From NCBI GenBank assembly GCA_026025075.1, contig JAPEUI010000030.1, positions 124,001 through 167,739 on the forward strand: a stretch of 43,739 bases of DNA, given 5' to 3'. A model generated the notes under the pieces. The model was not told where the DNA came from. It ran no database searches and saw nothing but the letters and a program-made list of their open reading frames with translations. The position numbers and the translations under genes are program-made. This DNA comes from Vezdaea acicularis (lineage: Eukaryota). Numbering within the stretch: the stretch's first letter is position 1; each line of letters opens with the position of its first letter. Below are positions 10,861 to 21,600 of this stretch, piece by piece.

Positions 10861-13196
10861 TCACTGACTTTTCTTATCCTCGCTCGGCGTCGCCTTTTGG
10901 ATGATCGACTTCCCCACAGAAGCTGTTTCTTCCCAACCCCTCTGTCTCGCCCAAAAGCGATCTTTGTCACTATAAGAGCTGGTTTGCCTCGCATCCTCCT
11001 CCAAGGAGGATCTATCAACCTTTTCACCCAGCTTTCCGGCGCTGGGAGCCATTCTTGACGCTTCGTCTCCAAGCGTTTCGTCAAGATACCGTTTCCGCAC
11101 GGCAAATCGTTCTGCACGCTGCTTTTGGTGACCTTGGGACTCAATCTTCGAGAGGCCGCCGCGTACCGCGAGACGCACTATGAAGTAGATGTGCTCAGAG
11201 AAGAATATCGTCAAAAGTAGGCCCCAGGCCTTGATATCCCATGGGGACCCTCCCGGACCCAGGCCATCTCCGCTGAACAGATACACAAGGGCGGCACTTG
11301 TAATGCTTCCCAGCCATGTCAAGAAGCCGAGTGTGTCGAGCCAAGGACCGATTGTGTCCGCGCGCCATGGCGTAGGCCGTTGCATTTCTACTGTGATCTT
11401 CACTGCGTCGGAACGAAGCTCAATCCAGTTGTTCACGATGAAGGAAACGGCGGTCAGAGGCCAGACAACGGAGAAGAGCGAAAGGTACCCAAACTGTATA
11501 AGAAGTTAGTGGAGGGTGGAGATCAGGGCGTTTCGACTTGCCTGAATACACATCTCACGCAAATCATCCGTAACATTATACACATCCAGCGTAGCTTCGT
11601 TACGGACTATCTTGAGGAAGTCTTTCTCTTCTGGGAGGTCATTCAGGGCAGCCGAGGTACTGATCCCTCCATTCTTTGCCGCTCGCTTCGTCTTCATCTT
11701 GTTGTATTTCTGGAAGCCTCGTCGTTTCAGGTATGGCACGACCACCTCCATTAGGAGGTTAACGACTTGAGCAGTCACGGTGAAATATATGACCTGTTTG
11801 CGTAGCCTATCTGGGTTGATCTGGAAACCGACTTTAGGTGCTGTGAGCTCCTTCTCGTTATTTGCAAAGGGTCGGACCGTCACGCTGAAGATGTCGAGAT
11901 ACGGGACGATGAGACTCCCAAACGGAACGTATACGAATGCTGTTAGAAATATACCTACATATGATGTGATGAAGTTCAGTACGAAGATCTTCTGTGTCAT
12001 TGCTGCGTCATAACTGTCATTGGTTTCGTAATTTTCGAACTCGGTGAGTCGGTTTGCGAACCCCGTGAGCATGCTCGAAAAAATCGGTATGCAAGTCGTT
12101 AGGATACCCGTTGGTAAGAACACTAAAATACCCTTGAATGGCCCATCGTAAACTTCCGATATAAATATCTCAATACCGAAGCAAGTAGCGATCAGCGATC
12201 CTAGCAACGCACTCGCCAGGACGGTAAAGGGGATTTGCAAAAGCTGCCGCGCGAGCCTTTTCGTAGCGGGAAAGGTCCTAATGATCTCTCCAGTAACAGG
12301 ATCTTTGATTTCCTTTTCGTATTGAAACTCCGCTCGCATTGTCTGGATGTCGGATACTCCTTTCACCCCCCAGCGCACCGCATAATCAACCTCCTGCCGT
12401 TTCCAGTATTCAGTAAAGACAATGCACCACAGGCAATTTATGACTGCGTAGATCGGTGAAAAGGAGCCAAGTAGAAAGTATGCCGAGGCACCAAAGATGG
12501 CAGGGAAGAGTAGAAAGGAGAAGTAGGATTGCAAAAAGGCGAAATAGAATGCAATCTCAAAGAAGTCAGCGGCAGTACGTATTGAGTCTCAAGGAATCCA
12601 ACCTTCTCGCCGAATCGATCACGAATACTTTGTAGATCCTCCTCAGTCAGATACCACGACTTACTCCACCTAGTGATCCATTCTTTATTGTACTTGTGGT
12701 CATGAAGAGCAAAAAGAGACTCCACATTCTTCCATTCTCCCTGTTTGGGTGTAATACCAGCCCCACCATCCTCTTTAGGGCCTGTAATCAGAAGATATAT
12801 AATTCGCAATCGTTCCGCATCGGTCAGCGGTTCGTTTGATAGAGATTGCTGGGTCTCTTTATCAGGCGCCGCAGTTCGCAGCCCGTGGAGCCAGTCCTTG
12901 ATCCTAAGGGCACATTTAGTGCTGAGCGAAGTCACCAACAGAGCTGAAATCTACCTTGACCTATAAACTTCTGTAAAGAGATGGCGCTGGGACGCTGCCT
13001 TGACAAAAAGCAATAAGGAACAGTCTTCTCCACTCCTGACCTCTGTGGCTAGACCAACAGATGCCAATTGGTGAACAAGCTTCTCGAATTGAGCTTGGGC
13101 CTTGACCTTGTCTTCATTGGGGAACCGATAGCTGAGCACAAAGTCGACATCGAAATTGGATTGCGAGACATTGCCGCTGCTCAATGTGTACGACAT
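10861..13196 (-). CDS. IST2: TMEM16/anoctamin-family Ca-activated scramblase (Ist2-like). Exons 13196-12955, 12903-12603, 12555-11542, 11493-10861
   Basis: Motifs WLHGLR, RDRFGEKIAFYFAFLQSY, EYWKRQE, FENYET, KIFVLNF, DLREMCIQFGYL, NNWIELRSD, RADTIGPW, FFSEH. Confidence 0.92.
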
Positions 13197-13649
13197 TGTC
13201 GGAGAACACGAGAACCTCAATGGTCCTTCTCAAGCTTGACAGGTCGATTATGGAAAGCCTTACCTTTGGCTCATGTCATTCATTCAAAGCTTCGAGGCCT
13301 TTGGCACAAAATCCTGTTGTGGTGCAAGCTCCCCCGGCTCACGTCATTGACGAACCGTTAGGCGGGAACCAATCATAATTCTCGCGCCCTTAATGCGTCG
13401 ATCATTTCGAACCCCCCGGTTCACAGCAACGATGTCTCCCAAACAGAATTTAGCATCCATTTCATTCTCGTTGGAATAGTGCGCTTAGACAACATCGATC
13501 GATGTTTATGAGAGTCACTTGTGCGGAAACAATCGACTAGAGCGATTGACCCGCCAACTGCGCATATGGAAAGCTATCTCATACTCATAAAATGATGGAT
13601 TGAACACCATCAGCTCCTTTGTCCACATCATTAAGCTGGAAGAAACAAG

Positions 13650-14627
13650 ATGCCACTCCTCTATCCTCGGGCGAAGAGTGTCTTCGACCCTTCCACTGTC
13701 TTGGACCAGCTTCTCTCGTCGCCCCTAAAGTTCTTGGTTTTCCGCATATACCATATATTACTATGGTTACGAGGCCCAGCCTACCACCCTCCTGTTCCAG
13801 AGGATGCACTCCGAATAGTATGTCTTTCCGATACACATTGTCAAAAGCCGGCTTTTGTGCCAGATGGCGATATTTTGATCCATGCGGGAGATCTTACGAA
13901 AGCGGGTACGGTTGACGAGATCCAAGAACAGCTCGATTGGCTCAACAGCCTGCCGCATAGAGAAAAGATCTTTATTGCAGGCAACCATGACAGCTACTTT
14001 GATATCAAATCAAGAAAGAGAGAAGATATGGAAAAAGGTTTAAAGCTTGGGAAGCTACACTACCTTTGTCGATCCGCCATAGCCCTCAGGATAAAAGCAG
14101 CAAGCGGCAAAACACGCACATTAAATTTCTATGGTGCACCTCAAATACCGCTCTGCGGAGGCTCTGACTTTGCCTTCCAGCATAACCGGAACGAAGACAC
14201 TTGGAAGGGCAGGATTCCAATGGAGACTGATATTCTGGTCACACATACCCCTCCAAAGTACCATCTTGATCTATCTACGGCTTCGGCTCTTGGTGACAAG
14301 TACCTTCTTGAGGAAATATGGCGGGTACGGCCCTCCTTACATGTCTTCGCGCATATACATGCTGGCTCTGGAGAAGAGGTTATCTACTGGGATGAAGCTC
14401 AAAAGGCATACGAACGAGCTATGGCTAGAAGAGGTGGCTTGATCGAAGAGGCGTTCGGCATCTTTGCTCTCTTGGATGGCCTACAGTTATTGTGGTATGG
14501 CTTGCAAGGAATCCTGTGGAGTAGGGTCTGGGGAGGAACAGGACATGGAAGTCTGATGGTCAATGCGGCATTAATGAATGATCAAAGTGGTAGACTAGAT
14601 CGTCCAGTCAGAACTCTGAGCTTCTAG
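13650..14627 (+). CDS. Calcineurin-like metallophosphoesterase (MPPED1/2-like)
   Basis: Motifs LSDTH, HAGDLT, IAGNHD, VTHTPP, FAHIH. Confidence 0.9.
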   Translation: MPLLYPRAKSVFDPSTVLDQLLSSPLKFLVFRIYHILLWLRGPAYHPPVPEDALRIVCLSDTHCQKPAFVPDGDILIHAGDLTKAGTVDEIQEQLDWLNSLPHREKIFIAGNHDSYFDIKSRKREDMEKGLKLGKLHYLCRSAIALRIKAASGKTRTLNFYGAPQIPLCGGSDFAFQHNRNEDTWKGRIPMETDILVTHTPPKYHLDLSTASALGDKYLLEEIWRVRPSLHVFAHIHAGSGEEVIYWDEAQKAYERAMARRGGLIEEAFGIFALLDGLQLLWYGLQGILWSRVWGGTGHGSLMVNAALMNDQSGRLDRPVRTLSF

Positions 14628-15653
14628 CTATACAATAATTTAGCGGGTAAGATCCATCGCAGCCGCGGTTACCTTGAGTGGTGTTATCGCACAATCATTG
14701 CGGAAGGATCTAAATAGGCTCTGTCTCAGAGGGAAAACACGAATAGGTGGGCATGCCCCCCTTTTCGCCTCCCTAGAGTTGGCCTCCCTTCCTCGTGAGC
14801 GACGCCTAAAGCACATTCATTATCTGTCCTAAGGTTGTCCAGATCACGAGCAATTCTGTCATGCTCCTGGTTCCATGTGTAACAATGAGTTCAATGACAA
14901 TTGCCGCAAATAGTGTCCTTTGAATGACCAAAGAGAAGGTACAGAGGTAGTTCTGGCGTTGCCTCAGAAATGCAGTCTGGCTTGCCTGCCCCTATTTGAA
15001 TGTGGCAAGAGAGATGTTATCACAGAGGTCTCGTCTGCTCCTTGGCACATTTGAGCCCCGATCGAGAATGATAACGGGAATGTGAGTAAGGTGAATAAGT
15101 GGGAAACGGCTACTCTCCAGTCATATGAAGTCCAAACTTCTCGATATTCTTCAGAGCTTCAAATTCCATTATATTTAGATCCACGTATGGGATTTATTTA
15201 GGACGTAAATATTTTCACGTAAAAAGGGACGAGGGACCAAATATTCACTACAAGGACCTGGTGGGCGACACTTGTGTTGAAAATGGATTTGATATGCCCA
15301 GTGGCCCCCTTTTGGACTAACCCTGCCCAGAAGCTCGGCGCGGATAAACTTAAACACGATGAGAGAATCGACCCAAACAATAACATCCGGCGATCGCCAA
15401 ATAAGCGCAACCGCAGCGGCCGCAGCGCAAAGACCTCCGCACATTCCAAGCTTCTCAATCGATAGCACATTCCCTGGTATTGTTCCGATCTAGACATACT
15501 CTGTTTAAAGCTCAAATTCACTGTACCCCTCCTTCTACTAGCTGCGCCACCACAGTGGTGGGAAATCTCCCCGCACGCAACCGCGTAAACGCGATCAGGT
15601 GTGCTAGCACCTTAGTCAACCAATATCCCACATGTAATTACCAGCCATCAACA

Positions 15654-17069
15654 ATGCCTTCTCCTGGTCCGCTCATGCCTGGCTCTTTCAACTCTAGCAA
15701 GAGTTCTCTCGACCAGAGCCTCCCGCCTAAACTTGATGTTAAAGTTGGCGCAAAATCGCATTTCTATCAACCACCCCGCACGCCATCCGCATCTACTTCT
15801 CTCGTCCGCACCACCTCGTCGACCTCTACCAATATCAGAGGAAACACTCCTGTTGCAGGTCGGAAGCGTACGAGATATGACTATTCTGTCGATGAAGGTA
15901 GCACGTCTTTGTCAGAGTCATGGTCAACTGTAGATACTTCAGCACCTTCTTTTGTCACCAGATCACCAGGCCCAGGGAGTCCCGCGCCTCTCACAAATAC
16001 AACGTATCTTCTACGTGGCGGAATGGATACACCGACTATGGAAAGAGTTGCGGCACAAGAAAGGGAGGAATCTAGTCATGCCTATATGGACACTATGGAT
16101 CGTCGATGGGCAGGGGCAGGCAGATTTGATTCATCTGACCTTCAGTACTTTCCACAAACGCTGGCGCCACTAGTAGATGAGAGAAATGGGCGGAGAAGAA
16201 TATATCCTCAAGTCACTAACGACAACGGGGTTGGTTGGGGCAAAAGTGTTATCAACACTTTAGGAGAAGTAGTTGGGAAAGTCTGGGAATTCGGTACGAG
16301 TACCTTCAAGGGGTTCTATGCTGGAGGCGGTGTTGGCTATGCCATGAAACCACCGTCACAAGGTGGGTTTGATGAGGCCAGCGTGTGGAGCGATATCCAT
16401 GAAATGAATGACCAGAACGACCCGTTCAGCCAGAGCAGACTCCACTCGACGCCTATCCCCGGCACCTTTCCAGAAGCCGACTTCATCGCCGACTACCTTT
16501 CCGAAGATCGCACCTCCTCGAGGCCCACAAAACACGCATCTAGAGACTCAGGCGATGACCGTCGGAAAGAACGCTGGATCATGGTACCCCCTGCAGCCCC
16601 TACTCCACCAACCCGAAACTACAGCCCCGCCCGCTCCGCCACCCGCAGAACCCCCACAGCTAGCAGTGCCGGTCGGCGCGCCCATCCTGCAAAACGCCCC
16701 TTAGCAGGAGCCTCACGCACTTCCCTCGCAGGCTCGCCAGCGCTTCAACCAAACCGCCCAGCATCATTCGCATCCCCGCGCTCGCCTGCCTCAGCATCCA
16801 AAACGATACACTCCAGCCCCATCGCTGTAGAAGCGCAGAGATTTGCGGCGAAGCGAAGGAGGCAGGAGCGGGAGAATGAGGAGAGTATGACGAAGTTCAA
16901 CGCGAAGCTTCGTGCGATGATCAAGGAGGGCAAGGAGGCCTTGGGCTCGAGGGTTGAGGTTGAGGATATGTATGTTGAGGATGAGGTCCTGGTTCAGAGG
17001 GAGGAGATCGAGGACGAGGGGATCGCCATTGAGGAATTAAGCGGTGGGAAGAGAAAGAGGGGGTGGTAA
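15654..17069 (+). CDS. Hypothetical low-complexity protein with C-terminal coiled coil and basic tail
   Basis: Open frame from 15480; best start is acaATG at 15654 (MPSPGPLMPGSF). Ordered islands VGKVWEF...FKGFYAGGG and FNAKLRAMIKEGKEALGSRVEV; ends GKRKRGW. Confidence 0.8.
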   Translation: MPSPGPLMPGSFNSSKSSLDQSLPPKLDVKVGAKSHFYQPPRTPSASTSLVRTTSSTSTNIRGNTPVAGRKRTRYDYSVDEGSTSLSESWSTVDTSAPSFVTRSPGPGSPAPLTNTTYLLRGGMDTPTMERVAAQEREESSHAYMDTMDRRWAGAGRFDSSDLQYFPQTLAPLVDERNGRRRIYPQVTNDNGVGWGKSVINTLGEVVGKVWEFGTSTFKGFYAGGGVGYAMKPPSQGGFDEASVWSDIHEMNDQNDPFSQSRLHSTPIPGTFPEADFIADYLSEDRTSSRPTKHASRDSGDDRRKERWIMVPPAAPTPPTRNYSPARSATRRTPTASSAGRRAHPAKRPLAGASRTSLAGSPALQPNRPASFASPRSPASASKTIHSSPIAVEAQRFAAKRRRQERENEESMTKFNAKLRAMIKEGKEALGSRVEVEDMYVEDEVLVQREEIEDEGIAIEELSGGKRKRGW

Positions 17070-17789
17070 GGATAGACTGTTGGGTGATTCTGATTCAGCT
17101 TCTACGCCTCAATGGAGTGAGAGGAAGATGATATTCTATTCACACGTCTTGGACACTCTTCACACGCGTGAAGCATACTCATAAGAGGTCGCAAGACCAA
17201 GTTTTATTTCATCCTGGACTCAGCATTCACTAGCTTGAAAGACTCAAGTGCTTGAACTGAATGTGTAGATAGAGGAGAGCGCGAGCAGTTGCATAAAGCT
17301 TCACATAGCTTCAGATGACATCCACTTCTAGTCCTAGCCAAGAACATGTTTCTATCGACCGAGCTTCTCTCGGCAGACCTGAAACAATCAGGCTACATAT
17401 CCGAGCCTTCAAGGCCCTAGCAGATAACCCTGCCAATATATCTGTGCTTCTGAATCAGCGGTATTTACCCTCGAAATGCCTCATCGAAAACCCACCCACG
17501 AATGGTCCTAGGGTAAGAACACGTGTTGGCTATTGCCTCCGCCATGCTCTAATAATAGGTAAAACATCCGCTGCTAAGTAAGGAGGGGGCTTGTGTGCTG
17601 AACGCTACTGTTAGAAGTTGTTTTGGTGATCAGGGTTTGCGCTTCACAGGAGGGGAGATGCACGGATCAATTCTGCCAGCTTTGGAAAAGTTAACTTCGT
17701 TTGTTAGATAAGGGCGGTGATTTTCTCTTCTGGCATAGCTATGCTTTTGGAGCCGCTTTGCACAAGCTTCATACTAATCTCCGATCACG

Positions 17790-18626
17790 ATGCGTCCCAA
17801 CTTCCTCTTGCCCTGTCTCGTCCTCCCCCTCCTAACCTCCGCCATATCCATACTTCGCCCAGCGAACGCATCAGCATTGAGCTCCAGCGCTCCCACCAAC
17901 ACCAGCACAGGACTCAATAGCACCACTCTCATCAACTCCAGCGATCCCACCAACCCCGGCCTTCTACCCAACAGCACTACCCTCACCAACTCGTCCGCCC
18001 AAAACTCGTCCGGCCTCTTCACCGCAAGACTAGGCCAACCGAACTTCGCCCCGGTAGGGATCGTCACGCTCATACCCCTAAACCCCAGCTTCTCCGTGAC
18101 AGAGCTCTACATCAATGCCTCCTACACCAACGACTCCAGCGTGCCGAGCTACCTGCATTTCTACATAAACGATAACAGCAGCACCATACCCACTGGCTTC
18201 TGCAACGGCACGTTCCAGCGGAACATCGAGAGCGAACCGATTCAGTGCGGGCCGCCGACGTATCAGTTCCGAGTCTTGTTTGCGAATCCAATCGATTGGG
18301 CGATCGTTATGTATCACCTGTAAGTGTTTTGCTGGCGCCCCGAAGCTCCATGCTCGGTGCGGAAGTAATGGTTGACGCTAACCTGTGATTACAGAGTTGA
18401 CGTTCCTTCGGGGAACGGTAGTGAAATATACCTCCTCGAAGGGGTGGCAAGCAATCTTCCGACGAACGAGAGTTTTGCGCTATCCCAGCAGGCTTGTCAA
18501 TCCGGCGGCAATCCGTGTGAATGGACGTCGACTGTATTCGTGGCTCCTTCTCTGATGGTAAATTCTAATCTGGTCCCAAACTTAACGGGAGACCCAACTA
18601 TTTCCTTGAAGCACCCGAAAGTTTAA
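17790..18626 (+). CDS. Putative secreted glycoprotein, possibly Alt a 1-like. Exons 17790-18319, 18395-18626
   Basis: Signal peptide MRPNFLLPCLVLPLLTSA, many N-x-S/T sites, beta-rich domain with two Cys pairs. Intron GTAAGT...CTAAC...CAG (18320-18394) joins two ORFs in frame. Confidence 0.75.
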
Positions 18627-21600
18627 ATTCTTGCTATAGAATGGTTTCCTATTCCCAAGCAGAATTGCATCACGTCGATATTGCTTGATTCTACAAGCCA
18701 CCAGCCATTACGGAGAAGGGATTTTTAGACAGCCGAGTTGAACGCTGCAAAGATTGCGGGTTCTCTCGACCTAGAGATAGCTTGACTCCTTTTTGGTGGC
18801 AATTGGAGGACCTTTCCCAACGCGTCTATAGGTACTTTGGGAAATACACATATCGGGACAAAAGGCACATTGAGGAGGTGTTATATCATTCAACGGGGAG
18901 CCGTCCGTTAAATGAGATATTGGCCGCATAATGAAAATTCCTACACAACAGGAGGTTGCCCGTATCTTGTGAGACCGTCCCTTCAATGATAGCGCATTCA
19001 TATAAGGATAGGTCGCTCATATGTTGGAAAGGGGCCTTGCAGATGGAATGCTTGTATGTGACCAGTTGAAGCTCTTTTCAGGAGAGTCGGAACAGTATTG
19101 GACACCTTCAACAATATTGACAGCCGATAACTGGTGAGGGCCACAAAGGGGTCGCAAAAAATAGATAGAACATTAAGCTAGCATGGGTATACACAAGAGA
19201 TATAAAATTAGAGCATAGTAGCTGGGTAGCGACCCAGAATGGCCTCTTGTATGCTCGTTCCAGGGCACTGAGAACTTTATTGGTATATATGTGATACTTC
19301 CTGGCACCCATTTCTCTTGTTCAGGAGCCTAAAGAGAGGAATGTCCCTGCAGACAAGGCTGTTCGTAGATGGCCTTTACGCTACCCCAGAACACAGGCGC
19401 ATACGTCGTGCCGTCGCACAGATGTCCAGGGAAAGACAATGGCAGCTCGCCCGTATCAGAATCGTACTTACATGTTGACGGCTTCGGGTCTTGAGAAATC
19501 GCATGTCGGAGGGTGATAGGAGCTCGCCAATAACCTTCTTCCGACCAAGCCGAATGTGGCTCCAGCAAGCTAGAGATCGGTCATTGGATAGAATTGTGCA
19601 ATAAGCATTGCTGACAGCCCAAGTAATAAGGAGAGAATATCAAATTCTGACGAAAAGAGCTCAAAAGCAATAATAATACTAGACGAAAAAAGAAAGCAGG
19701 TGCCGAGCGAAATATAATGGCAACCCAAGAAACTGGAATTGGGTCTTTGCTCCACCATGCGTATTCCGGGACAAATCTACAACAAGCAAACATCTCCACT
19801 ATTGCTCATGCGTGGATTAGATGAGCCATAATTGTTTCACCTCTGTGCATAAGGATTCATGAGTAATCAGGGACTACCTGTCAGCGCGTTAGCAGAATCA
19901 AAGCCAATCGGCAGCCATGACGAAGGTGTGATGACCCTGAAGGTCTCACCACGGAGGATATCCGGAAGGGGATGAAAATTCCGATGCCGAACGGACGGAC
20001 GTTGAAGGACCGCCATTAAAGCTCGCGATATGCTCCACGCCACATCACCCGTGCGGAGCTCAAGAGTGGAGACTTCTCTTTAAAACACAAATCAAAGGAT
20101 CCACCTTCCACGGCTACATTGCTTGAAAAGGAAGCTGCATGACCGTTAACGATCTGGGTGTGATCAGGCGGCACAGCGACGTGGCCCAACTATATAGGTG
20201 CTTTATTGTAGTTGTATACGAGGGTGGTGGAGAGGAAGAAGAGCGGCGAATTTCTCGGATGGTCGACTTGTCTAACATCGATATTGAGCTGCGGTCGAGT
20301 CCTGTAAGGTTTACGTTACATAGTTGATGGGGATGGAGCGCGGTAGACGGGCAAAGCGCGGACTCGCTGTTTCCACACCCTGCATGCTACCCTGGTGATG
20401 GGTGCACTTGCTCAGCGGATCGCTGAACCGATCGTCCGACATCCACCTCCCGTTGGCCGTGCCCAATTCAACGACCGCCTCATGGGACTAACATTCCGAC
20501 GTACGGGCCGAAATAGAATCATATTGGACGAGAGTCCGGCTTCTGCACATAATCATACACATCCCGCCCTCCCCGCCACTGCTGCGCTCTGTCGATCGCT
20601 ATGATCCTGTAATCTGCGTTCCGCTAAAGCCCGCAGAGGACCCTCAGATTGGAGCGTTTATGCGAAGAGAGCGCCGATCATGTAGCCTGTCGAGTGCATG
20701 CAGGTGTCGTCGGTCCAAGGCAAGGGGCGCTGGGTTGTCACATCAGGGAAGACCTGCAGAAAATCTACCCCAATATGACAATATTCGGAGAAGGTTAAAG
20801 GACGATCTTGGAGAGTTTTCCGACACAACGGCTCCCTTGTGGGGAGTTTATGACACACCTTCATTGCTAAAAGCCATTGTCGTTCTCCAGAGAGCCGAAT
20901 CGAGTAGCCCTAAGCCTTTCTCTTAGTAGCTAATTGCGGTGAACTTCGTCAAGACGGGCCATGGGAAGGCGAACGAGCGTTGATGCATTTTGATAGCTTT
21001 TTTGGAAACGCCGATCGCTACGCTATTCTGAGCCTAGATGCTGTAGGTACGAACTAGCCAACTGCACCGTACCGGATTGCCGGATAACGGCTCTGATCCG
21101 ATTCTGCAGCTTAGCCAGACTTCAGTGTATGCTTATCAGCCAGTGCCTTTCATTATTGTGGTGTATTCTCCAGTAAACTCCAAGCCCACGCGCGTGATTC
21201 GAAGGGAAATATAATAGCATGAGCTTCTAGCAAAAAAAGGAGAGAGAGAACGAACGCAACGGCTCCCGCACGGCCACTCACTGGGGTCAGGTACAGAAAC
21301 GCAGAGAACAGGGCAAGGCTACGCAAGCAGGTCGCCAATGCTCGAACCGTTCCGCTGCCGGGGCGGCGGAAAAGAGGCACAGCGAAGCGGAGGTTTGGGA
21401 TTAACGGATGCTTGCATGCGCCAGCGGACGGGTTGGGCGAAACGTCGTACCAGACCGAGTCTGGCGCCACTGTGCTCCGTAGCGGGCGCGGTGAGCTCTG
21501 CGGCCAGGGCTCCTGACGCGCCCCACCCTTTCACGGACCCTTGAGCGATCCAACCTGTCGATGACAGCACAATTTACCACTTCACATCGCCGCCGAGGCC

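Noticed and set aside
13400..13420. GGTTCGAA B-box-like sequence on the minus strand
   Set aside because: No cloverleaf or A-box around it.
14625..14720. TAG-CTA readthrough-like context after the metallophosphoesterase (also TGA-CAA after GOT1)
   Set aside because: The extensions end in GSK and WRV, not a PTS1; no other support.
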